Assembly: GCA_964035545.1 (NCBI GenBank)
Contig: OZ037768.1
Location: 3,132,741 to 3,196,740 of the forward strand
Direction of reading: 5' to 3'
DNA length: 64,000 bases
From: Bugula neritina
Taxonomy: Eukaryota > Animalia > Bryozoa
Positions 1-12,300 of this stretch are shown here, piece by piece; position 1 is the stretch's first letter; each line of letters opens with the position of its first letter. The translations under genes were made by a program, and so were the position numbers. The notes below the pieces were generated by a model. That model was not told where the DNA came from and ran no database searches. It saw nothing but the letters and a program-made list of their open reading frames with translations.

Positions 1-386
1 TGTACGACGTTTGTATGGTTTTTCTAAAATTTAAAAGAACTAGCATGCTAGAAAAATATAAAATAATTTAATTATATATTTTTATAGTTTACTTTAGTGA
101 TGCTACAATGTGTAAAATCCAAGTTCAATGTTCATTGTTTTTTTATCAAACTCAAAGCTATATTCCAACATTTATAAATATTTTTTTTTGTGTCGTAAAA
201 TAAAGTATTAATTGAAAAAACCTTTTACAGAGTATTCAGCAACGGTTTTATTCAATGAAAATTATGGAGTTCTGGTTTTTATGGTTTGCAATTGATGTGA
301 TATACTTTATGAAATGTATGATTATAGTTCTACAGTTGAAGATACTATGAAATGTTTACATATAGTCTAATGTTGTATTATCACAG

Positions 387-3300
387 TTCTACTGGAGATA
401 GTGGAACCTTACCTCAACCAGTTGGAGATGAAGAAAGCGTTAAAGTTGAAAAGTATATTTTACCCTTTGAGCTCGCTTGCCAGTCGAAACATAGCAGGTT
501 TACCAACACCTCCCTAGACGTCTTGCAGGTAGTTTTTTCATCAAATGCTTAATCAGTTCTTTTTTTTCGTGTCAAGGAAAGGCTTGGTAATCACTAAATA
601 AGTTAAAAGTCCATTACTAATTCACTGTGTTATGGTAAATAGAAGCTCATAGCCTACGGCCACCTGGTGGGTAACTCAGAAGATGCGATTCATCCCGGAA
701 AAAGGCTGATAGACAGAGTAGTGGAAACTGTGTGCGCTTGTTTTATTGGTACACAGACTGATGAGGGGGTGCAGCTGCAGATTATTAAGGTGTGTTCTGT
801 AGTAGATAGTAACTTGTTTTCTTGGTACCTATGAAAGTGCATTCTGCAATGTTTTATATTACTCATGTCTTCCAGTTGTGTAGTTTTATACCGATGTGCC
901 TTTCTCAATAATATCATAGTTAGTCCTGATATTGTACACGTGATAACAGTAGGAGGTGCTGTAATGATATAGTAGCAATTGCTATATATGTAGTCTGAGG
1001 TTGATTGATATCCCAATTTAAGGATGTTGTGATTTGTAAACAAGTAAATGGGGAATTTTATAGTGCCTGTTGACGGTGATAACCTCAACCAATGTGGAGA
1101 TACACGAGGGTACTGTACTGCAAGTTGTCAGAACCTGTTACAATATCTACCTAGCAAGGTGAGTCGTGATTTGAAACTGCAACTGTCAAACTGGGACAAA
1201 CACTTGTCGAGCTAAGTCACTTGCTTGACAAGTATTAGCCAAACAATGTTATTTATTCATTTTAAAGAATACTCTATACATGTGATAATTTGACCATATA
1301 ATTAGCTGGATGTGACATCGCTTGAGAGAGTATTGCTATGTGTTATGGGGAAGAAGCAAATAATAGTTCTAATAAATACCGGCTACTCTACTGGTGTAAT
1401 TATGACCCATAGTAAGCAGTTCTTGGTTTCTTGCAATAGCTAGGGAAATGTGAAAAGATTTGAACATATCTGAATGAACAACTGAGAACTAGTACTAATA
1501 TTGTGGTAGATGTTGCATTCTGTTTTTCCCTGTAAACTACAAGTAATTTGCCAAGTCTAGCCTTTCCTGTGACTAGCCAAACTCCCTTGTGTGCTCTTTT
1601 TAATGCATCTCACAAGTATGTTATGAAGCTAAAACAGTAATGTACTGGTGTACTATGTTCAAGTGTGGGACTCTGGTTGTAGCAAGAATCTGATAAACCA
1701 GACTACGGCTAAGGGAACTCTCACTCAGATGATAAATGTCATCTTCAGTCGCATGGAGCAGCAGGCTGTGCAAAGGGCAGCTGCGGCAGCGGCTGAGATG
1801 CAGCAGAAAGCAGAACAGGTGAGTGATCACAGGGTATAGCTGTATGATACATTACACAGAGTATAGCTGTATGATACATTACACAGAGTATAGCTGTATG
1901 ATACATTACACAGAGTATAGCTGTATGATACATTACACAGAGTATAGCTGTATGATACATTACACAGGGTATAGCTGTATGATACAATACACAGGGTATA
2001 GCTGTATGATGCAGTACACAGGGTATAGCTGTATGATACATTACACAGGGTATAGCTGTATGATGCAGTACACAGGGTATAGCTGTATGATACATTACAC
2101 AGAGTATAGCTGTATGATACATTACACAAAGTATAGCTGTATGATAACTGTAGTGTCTCTTCTAGTTTATTATTGCATTCATTGTGGGGTAAACTGTGTT
2201 AAATCTATAAAACTTACGGTAGATTAGAATACTTTTGGTAGAGTTGAAGCATTTATTCCAATAGATAGTTTAATAACCAGAGCTGCTATAGAAGCATTTT
2301 TTTTTCAAACTTTCCTCTAAGGATGACACAAGGCTTTGCTAGAATGTTAAGATGCAGTAAACTATACTTCCACTACTTCCAGGTTTTGTCATTCAGTAGT
2401 AGCTAGTGACTTGCAGTCTTGTAGCCTGTGTTCTATGTTTATTGTAGCAGAATGAGGAGAAGTTGGAGCAGCAATCTGACACCCACTCAGTTGACACTCA
2501 GAAGGTAGGCTACATGCTCACTAATGTTACCCTTCTGTTCCCATGTCGTGTGCATCTCAACGACTCTAGCACGCTGGCAGACTCAATTATTTTCTGTTGT
2601 GTGTTTGGTAGGCATCGGAGGAAGGCAGCAGTACGACAGCTGAGGCGGACGCCAGTTCACAGGACATAGACGATGCTGCCGACCCGACTCAGCTGGCAGC
2701 TGAAGTTATCAGTGATATAATAGAAAAGGTGGTTCCGTCTGAAGAGGAGACGCAGCATACTGGTTCGTATCAAACAGGAGGTTGTAAGCTCAGTGGATTC
2801 TCTCTGCTAGCATGTTGACCTCCTGACCTCTGCTAGCATGTTGACCTCCTGACCTCTGCTAACATGTTGACCTCTTGACTCCGTCTAGCATGTTGACCTC
2901 CTGGCCCCTGCTAGCATGTTGACCTCCTGACCCCTGCTAGCATGTTGATCTCTTGACCCCTGCTAGCATGTTGATCTCTTGACCCCTGCTAGCATGTTGA
3001 CCTCTTGACCCCTGCATAGGGTTTGGTAATGGTGCAGTGTCTATAGTTCCGCTGCGACTATTTCCTGGTTATACAGGATGTAGTAAGTTTCATATCTTCA
3101 TTATGGACAAGGATTGAAGTTTTCAACTATAATACTATGCATGACACCTCACTGTATAGCAGCCTGAAAAGTATGCGTCTAACAGACCCTCCTCCCTCAG
3201 AAAAACTTGTAGTTGTAAAGAATAACTACAGACATCTGCAGCACCTGTTGTATTGCAGATAAAACAAGCACTGATGAAGCTATACCCACAGATACACCTA

Positions 3301-6300
3301 CTCCAGATGGTCCCCATAGTCCTTCCGTTGTAGCTAATGGTATAGAAGGTTTTAGCTCATCTCAAACACCTACTGCTAAGCATGTTGGTTAGTTACTTGC
3401 CTGCTTGTTATGCATGTAGATAGTGTGTAGTTAGCATGTAGCTGGAGTGTAGTTAGCATGTAGATAGTGTGTAGCTGGTATGTAGTTAGCATGTAGCTGG
3501 TATGTAGATAGTGTGTAGCTGGTATGTAGTTAGCATGTAGATAGTGTGTAGTTAGCATGTAGATAGTGTGTAGTTAGCATGTAGATAGTGTGTAGTTAGC
3601 ATGTAGATAGTGTGTAGTTAGCATGTAGATAGTGTGTAGTAAGCATGTACAGCGTGTAGATAGTGTGTAGTTCTTAGCAAGCTCTATTGTTGATTTTGCT
3701 CATCAGGGGGAGACACGGACAGCCTGCACAGCACCGATAGTCTAACTATGACCTCTTTTACCAGTGTCTTACAAATGGATGCCTTCTTAGTGTTTAGAAG
3801 TCTTTGCAAACTTAGCATGAAACCATTGAATACAGACGGACCACCAGACCCAAAGTAAGTGTTACACGTTCCACGCCTCCTACCAGTCTCGTAGTAACGT
3901 ACACTAGCCTGCATTCATTTACTTTTAACTCTTTTGGTCACATGCAGTTCAACAACCATCTCCAATCATTCGCTGTTGAGGTTAATTTTAAGCTTTCGAA
4001 CCAATTTTTTCTAGTTTTAAGTTTTTGTGTACACTTTTAAGTCAAAGTTTTTCTTTTCATAAAGAAAATTTATTACAAGGCCATCATTATATTCATCATG
4101 CAGGCATAATATTTTAATTTACTTAGCAAAGCTGGTATAAAAAATGTTGTTTGATGAAATGTTGTTATATACTTGCATATCTGAAAGTTACCTGCTGTAT
4201 CTAAATATAGTATATACAGCTTCTGTTTATTATATATTGCCCTTAAGTACTAGATAATAAATACTATATACTGTAAATTTGTTATTGGTGATGTAATAAA
4301 CACTATATGTGCTACATATTGCATTTATATACTATACCTGAATACATTTATATACCATACCTGAATACATTTATATACTATACCTGAATACATTTATATA
4401 CTATACCTGAATACATTTATATACTATACCTGAATACATGGAGGTGTTACACACTTTCTGCAGGTCACATGAATTACGCTCCAAGATCCTCTCACTGCAA
4501 CTACTCTTACAGATTCTACAGGTAATTGTCATTAAAATTGGTCCAGCCTAATATTTGTTTATGTCCTCACATAGTTTATCTTACTCTATCATTCTTTTCA
4601 TGTACTCTCAGTAGATCTCATGAATGATTATGATTTTAAATATTAAAATCTATAGTAAATTAATGAAAATTATGTAAATTTAAAGAAAAATTCAATCAAC
4701 TAGTAAAGGCATAGTGAAATTTTATCAAAGGTGTTCGTCACTCACATGGAACTTTGTTGTATCAGCGGAGAGCTTGAAGTTTATTGTATAGAGTGTAGTT
4801 CACGTAGGAATATATTATATAACTTAGGAAAACTAAAATGTCTAAAAGAGCTATCAATGAGACACAATTTAACCTTTAATAATATTCTCTAGTACCACTT
4901 GCCCTCATATAGCATGAAGTTTATTTGGCTGCTGTATTATATGATTGCCGTGAATAATATAACATCTTTCCTTATTACAAACAAAACTTATTGCTATGCT
5001 TTTTACTTGAGAGTTTTTAGTTTCCAAGAAACATTAGCTATGTAGTTTTATGAGCCCCATTTAACTTGTACTTTTGCCTTCCTACCACATAGGAGTTATC
5101 TTTCCTATACTTATATCTTTATATGCAGTAGCATCAGTAAATCTCAAGTTTTTCAATGACGTAGAAAGCCCTCCAATCTCGCAGTGGTTTTTTCCATTCA
5201 GCTATTTTGATGTTATATTATAGTTTAAGTCGTTGTGAGATGTACTGTCACAAACCATCTAACATGTTGTAGAACGCAGGACCTGTGTTCAAGTCTAATG
5301 AAATGTTCATCAGCGCCATCAAGCAGTATCTCTGTGTCGCTCTCTCCAAGAATGGCGCCTCGTCTGTGCCAGAAGTCTTTGAGTTGTCTCTGTCAATATT
5401 CCTCATTCTCCTGGCCAACTTTAAGCAGCACCTGAAGAGGCAGATTGAGGTTTGTGTAATATCTATTAGTCTGCAACTAGCAGAGTAATTGTCTTTAGAT
5501 TGTAAAACTATAATTAATATTCATATTAATTATAGTGATAGTAACTGGTTACTTAAAATTATATGATTTATTATTGTTAATATCAGAACCTAATTCAAGT
5601 ATAGACATACACAAGTACAGACATACACAAGTATAGACATACACAAGTACAGGCACGCATAAGTATAGACATATACAGGTATAGACATATACAAGTATAG
5701 ACATACACAAGTATAGACATACATAAGTATAGACATACACAAGTATAGACATACACAAGTACAGACACGCATAAGTATAGACATGTATCAAACTTGTAGG
5801 TGTTCTTCAAAGACATATTTCTGTTCATACTGGAGACAGCTAGCAGTTCGTTTGAACACAAGTGGATGGTGGTACAGGCTCTCACTAAGGTGTGCGCAGA
5901 TGCTCAGTGTGTGGTGGACATCTACGTCAACTACGACTGTGACCTTGGACTAGCCAATATCTTTGAGAGACTCATAACCGACCTTACTAAGATTGCTCAA
6001 GGACAGCAGGCGGTAGTGTATGGTAAGTATGTTGTAGTGTATGGTAAGTATGCTGTAGTGTATGGTAAGTAAACTGTAGTATATGGTAAGTATGCTGTAG
6101 TGTATGGTAAGTATGCTGTAGTGTATGGTAAGTGAGCTGTAGTATATGGTAAGTGAGCTGTAGTGTATGGTAAGTAAACTGTAGTGTATGGTAAGTATGT
6201 TGTAGTATATGGTAAGTATGCTGCAGTGTATGGTAAGTATGCTGCAGTGTATGGTAAGTCAGTGTTCATATTTTTATATCACTGATACTATTTTTGTCAT

Positions 6301-9300
6301 ATTTTATGGTAAAATTCCAGAGTTTTTATTTTCTTTTTTAGTATGAATATATGCTAATCTTCAATTATTTATCAGTTTGTCAAATTTAATTGGTTTTGGT
6401 TCTGTTCTTGTTTTTACATATGTTTGATTTTTGTAATATAGTATGTGTGTACATAAACGGTACTCTACACTAGCTGCAGTATTCAGTGTAAAGCTCCTTA
6501 TTAGGTTGCCATAACTCTGGTGTTTTCTTGGCTGGATTTAATGGATGTGTAAATAGGGGGAAATATAATTTCAGGGGCCACTCCGGCACAGGAGCACAAC
6601 ATTCGGTTGAAAGGTCTAGAGTGTATTGTGTCTATACTCAAGTGTATGGTGGAGTGGAGCAACGACCTCTACGTCAACCCTCACCAGCAGTCTAATCTGG
6701 GTAAGTCTTTGCAGTCACTGTGTCAGCATACGTCAGCATCTGTCTGCTTTGTATGTCAGCTTTGTAGCCTCAGTCCCTGTTTCAACTTCTGGAGTCACTA
6801 GAACAGTGCCGTGGTACCTGAATGATTCCATGATTTTGAAATTTTTTCTCAGCCAAACTGACACGTCAAGGAGCACTGCCATCTCAAAAACTTCAGAGAG
6901 AATTTCGTTCTCGTTTAAATTAATTGTTACAACTAGCTATTAGGTTGAGTTTAACTTACATGTTGGTCTAAAGTAGTTGCTACAGTTGGTTAGAAAGTTC
7001 TTTTAAGTCATCACTCCGGTCTAACTTGAAAAAGTAATTAGAGTACTATGCCATGTATTGAGTTGTCAAGGTAGTCTTGATATTGAAGTATTGAGTTGTC
7101 AAGGTAGTCTTGATATTGAAGTATTGAGTTGTCAAGGTATTGATAGTACAACATTAGTAGAATCTATCCAGTATGTAGGTACTTATTTTTCATAAAGATA
7201 GAATATTGAGTTTCTTCTAAGGAACTGTATTTATAAGGTCCTTCTGCTTTGTTCTCGTTCTATAGTTTTATACCATCAAAAGCATTTGAGTGGACCTAAA
7301 GTTCTCCAACTGAATATTTTCTTCTTTATTGCTTAGAAAAATATTGCAATGCTAGATAAAATAGATGTGATTATTTTATAGGAAATGAAAGAATGCCAGT
7401 GTCAGCTGACTTGGATACTGACTCTGGTAAAGGCAGCACCATGGCAAGTTATAACAGCGCTAACTCACTTAATGAACCCTCGGCAGCCCTGGACAGTCCG
7501 GAACAGTTTGAGGAGTTGAAACAGAAGAAAGAGATTATAGTGGCGGGTATTGAACTGTAAGTATGAGTGACAGTAACTTTGAGTAAGTACTAATAACTGT
7601 AAGTATGAGTTTAACTGTGAGTAAGTACTAATAGCTGTGATGGTATATGTATCTAATGGCATTAAATATCCCATCACGTCATAAGTATATAAGTAACATT
7701 TGTTTTGCCTGCTTCAGTTTCAACAAGAAAGCAAAGAAGGGAATAGCCTTCCTGCAAGAACACGGTCTGCTGGGAACTACAGCCGAGGAAATTGCAACTT
7801 TCTTTCAGACAGAGGAGCGGCTGGATAAAACCGTAATCGGCGACTTTATGGGCGAGAATGACAAGTAGGTGTTGTCACTGTATAGTAACATCTGTATAAC
7901 AATATTTCTTTATGTTCGCTTTGAACTAGCAACTTTCTGTTGATTATTGCTAGGAATATGTTTGAATAACATGTTGGCATTCTGAACACTTTCTGTCTGA
8001 CGTATATCTCTGGGATGACCTTGACACTATATAGAGTGGATGACTCATTACGTTGTCGTCTGCATGATATCTGTAACCAAATCTCATTAGTTTAAGTCTG
8101 AGAGATATATAACCGCCTACAGTAATTATACTAGTATTGAGATGATAGCTGTAGAGATCAAGCAACGCCAAGGTGTTGATATTACAGGTTCAATAAAGAA
8201 GTCATGTACTCGTATGTTGACCTGCTAGACTTTGATGAAATAGCCTTTGTACCAGCCCTTCGGAAGTTTCTAGAAGGGTTCAGACTTCCTGGTGAAGCTC
8301 AGAAAATAGACAGACTGATGGAAAAGTTTGCCGCAAGATATTGTCAGTGTAACATAAGGTTGGTTTACAGGGTGTTTAGCATGAATCTTGGTGTAGAAAA
8401 GTGATATGTTAGTATAAGTAGTGTAATATTATTGAGGTAGATATGAAAGCATGCTAATATTTTCTGAGTATTATATATATGTATATTGTATCTAGTGGCG
8501 TTATTTGTTTATTCACAACACTACCGTATCATCTTATTATCTTGTCAGTGAATCCGTGTTTGCCTCTGCTGACGCTGCCTACGTCCTGGCATACTCCATC
8601 ATCATGCTGGCAACCGACCTTCACAGTCCTCAGGTATGCTGCTCTCAGTCTATATAATATACTCTCAGTCTATATAATATGCTCTCAGTCTATATAATAT
8701 ACTCTCAGTCTATACAATATACTCTTAGTTTATATAGTATACTCTCAGTCTATATAGTATACTCTCAGTCTATATATTATACTCTCAGTCTATATAATAC
8801 ACTCTCAGTCTATACTCTATACTCTATAGCATATGTCATACTGCTATATGTACATGTATGTACACATTGTATAGGTTAAAAATAAGATGACAAAGGAGCA
8901 GTACATTAAGATGAATAGAGGAATCAACGATAGCAAAGATTTACCCGAGCAGTATCTCTCAGATATTTATGACGAGATGGCTATGAATGAGATACAGTTG
9001 AAACCCACGTCTGCTCCTCTGGCCAATAAACATGGCTCTTCAGCTAACCTACAAGGTATAATTCAGCTAATCTACAAGGTATAATTCACCTAACCTACAA
9101 GGTATAATTCACCTAACCTACAAGGTATAATTCACCTAACCTACAAGGTATAATTCACCTAACCTACATGGTATTCATTTTAATAACCAAACATTTATCC
9201 ATAGTGAAGTACGTTCAATTTTGTAATTATAGACCAGAGAATTTAAACAAATTAATCAACAGTGTATCTGAGGTCACTGAATATAATTGAATACAATAAA

Positions 9301-12300
9301 ACATAACTCTTACAATGTCTCACTAAATCAGATGTTTCCTGTGTCATCTTTACTCTCTGACCTTGAACTTTATTCTCTCACTGTCGCCATCTGCAGGTTC
9401 CACAGTCACTCCGAAGCAAAGAAAGACGATGTTTGACACCGAGATGCAACACATGACCTCGGTGGCCAAGGCCCTCATGGAGAGCGTCTCTCATGCTAAG
9501 ATCGAGTTCACCAGCGCTAAGCACCATGAGCATGTCCGGCCCATGTTCAAGGTAAATGTCTCGGCCTCATTTAGTGTACTGAAATGTATATGTTGTATAC
9601 TATAGATGTATATATTATATATTACAAGAGTATATATCATATATTACAGATTTGTATAATATATATTACAGATTTGTATATTATATATTACAAGTGTATA
9701 TATTATATATTACAGATGTATATATTATATATTATATATGTATATATTATATATTACAGATTTGTATATTATATATTACATATGTATATATTATATATTA
9801 CAGATGTATATATTATATATTACAGATTTGTATATTATACATTACAAGTGTATATATTATATATTACAGATGTATATTATATATTACAGATATATATATT
9901 ATATTACAGATGTATATATTATATATTACAGATTTGTATATTATATATTACAGATGTATATATTATATACTACAGATGTATATATTATATATTACAGATG
10001 TATATATTATATATTACAGATGGTGTGGACACCCTTCCTGGCCTCATTTAGCATTGGTCTACAGAACTCAGACGACCCTCAGATGTTTGAGCCGTGTCTG
10101 GATGGCATGAGATGTGCAATTAGGATAGCCTGTATTTTCAGAATGGAGTTGGAAAGGGACGCATACGTGCAGGCCCTAGCCAGGTAACCCTTCTCACCAG
10201 GACTTCATACTCAGTTGGGGAATGTTTTTGTAATGTTTTGGGTTTTCGTGGAACAGTCAGCCATTTTTGGTATGATGTTCTGTTTCGAATTTAGTGTGTA
10301 AATTCTCCTCATAGATTTTGTTGACTTGTCGGAAGCCTAATTTATGTTTTAAATGACGGCAGAAAGGGTGGGGTGAGAGTTGTCTATCTTATGCTAAGCA
10401 TTTGATGAATAACCCGTATATTATATTAAAATTTTATCGGTAGCCTTTGCAGCATTTCATGTTTGATGTAAAGTTGTTATACCATCTTGTGCTTTACTTC
10501 TCTATAATCTGGTACTGTAAGACAAGGTGCTGCCAAACTTCATATATTCATTCTGCTGCAGATTTACTCTGTTGACTGCCAACTCCCCGCTGACAGAAAT
10601 GAAGACTAAAAACATAGAAACCATCAAAGCGTTGATCTCTGTTGCTCATACTGATGGAAACTATTTGGGTCACACGTGGCTAGAGGTTAGTGTAAACTTG
10701 TACATCACATGCTATGCCATTATTAAAGTAATGTTTGTAGAAAAAATTGTTTAATAATTGTTTAATTTTTAAAAATGTTTAATAATTTTTTCATATTTTG
10801 AAAATAAAAAATTTTATGCTTTTAGAATTTTGTAAAAATATCAATTTTGACCTAAATTAAGTCAATCGCATGCTTCACCCTTCAGTCTAATTGACAGTGA
10901 GCGTGTTCCAATACTAGAATACACTGTAACTCAGTACTCTGTGTATGTAACTCAGTACTCTGTGTCTGTAACTCAGTACTCTGTGTCTGTAACTCAGTAC
11001 TTTGTGTCTGTAACTCAGTACTCTGTGTATGTAACTCAGTACTCTGTGTATGTAACTCAGTACTCTGTGTATGTAACTCAGTACCCTGTGTCTGTAACTC
11101 AGTACTCTGTGTATGTAACTCAGTACTCTGTGTATGTAACTCAGTACTCTGTGTCTGTAACTCAGTACTCTGTGTCTGTAACTCAGTACTTTGTGTCTGT
11201 AACTCAGTACTCTGTGTCTGTAACTCAGTACTCTGTAACTCAGTACTCTGTGTATGTAACTCAGTACTCTGTGTGTGTAACTCAGTACTCTGTGTCTGTG
11301 ACTCAGTAACCTGTGTCTGTAACTCAGTACTCTGTGTATGTAACTCAGTACTCTGTGTCTGTAGCACAGTACTCTGTGTCTGTGACTCAGTACTCAGTAC
11401 TCTGTAACTCAGTACTCTGGGTATGTAACTCAGTACTCTGTCTATGTAACTCAGTACTCTGTGTATGTAACTCAGTACTCTGTGTGTGTAGGTACTCAAG
11501 TGCATCTCTCAGCTTGAACTGGCCCAACTCATCGGTACTGGAGTTAAGTATAATGTCCACAACTCTGGATCCAAGGCTAAAGACAAGAAGACTGCTCATC
11601 ATCTCATGGAGTCTTTTGACGCCGAATGTGAGTGCCTGGTTTCCATATCTGATTTGGCGCATCGTGTGTGAATTTGCTGTTGGGGCTTTATTAGTAGGAA
11701 GTAGACAACCCGGTGTAAAGAGAGAGCAATGTGTTGAAAGTGGAGTTAGAGATACTTTAATTAAGTTGATTTTTTGCTCTGTGAAATTCCCGATGCGGAT
11801 ATTACATGAGCTGACCTATGTATTCTCTACACTAAATCATATAAAAGTTTGTAGTTGTGCTGGCCAATATTAATATTAATTATCATAATTTCCTGAACAG
11901 AATTCTCTTGATTACATAATATCTCGCTGTAGTGCTGACGAGAGCTGACTCCAAGAAGCTGGCATCTCTCCAAGGTCAGATGATTGAGACGAGCTCACAG
12001 AGTGTAGTAGTCGCCATGGATAGAGTCTTCACTGGTTCGGTTAAACTGGACGGCGATGCTATTGGTTAGTTTTCCAGTCTTTCCAAAATTATTCTCATTT
12101 CTCTTCCCTTCCTTTTTCTTCCTCTCTCACTTACTTCAGTCTCTAAAAGTATCTTACAGGATTTTATTATTTAAAACCCTAACTAGTACTTACTGCATTG
12201 CAAGTAACAACAAATAAGCATAAGTTAAAGGGTTGTCCTCTCTATGTAATGGTTCTGCTTGAACAGTTTCCTCTCAGGTGTTTTGTGTTTATGTCCCTCT

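Noticed and set aside
1745-2227. Overlapping repetitive ORFs (also 5549-5885, 5997-6269, 9584-10187 upstream parts, 10882-11505, 57132-57389)
   Set aside because: These are translations of intronic minisatellites whose units lack stops in some frames; the real exons flank them.
3160-3170. Candidate microexon (TAGCAG...AAAA|GTATGC)
   Set aside because: A length of 8 or 11 nt would break the frame between flanking phase-1 junctions.
10925-11497. CRISPR-like appearance of the regular 20-45 bp repeats
   Set aside because: They are head-to-tail tandem units with no unique spacers, in a eukaryotic intron context with no cas genes.
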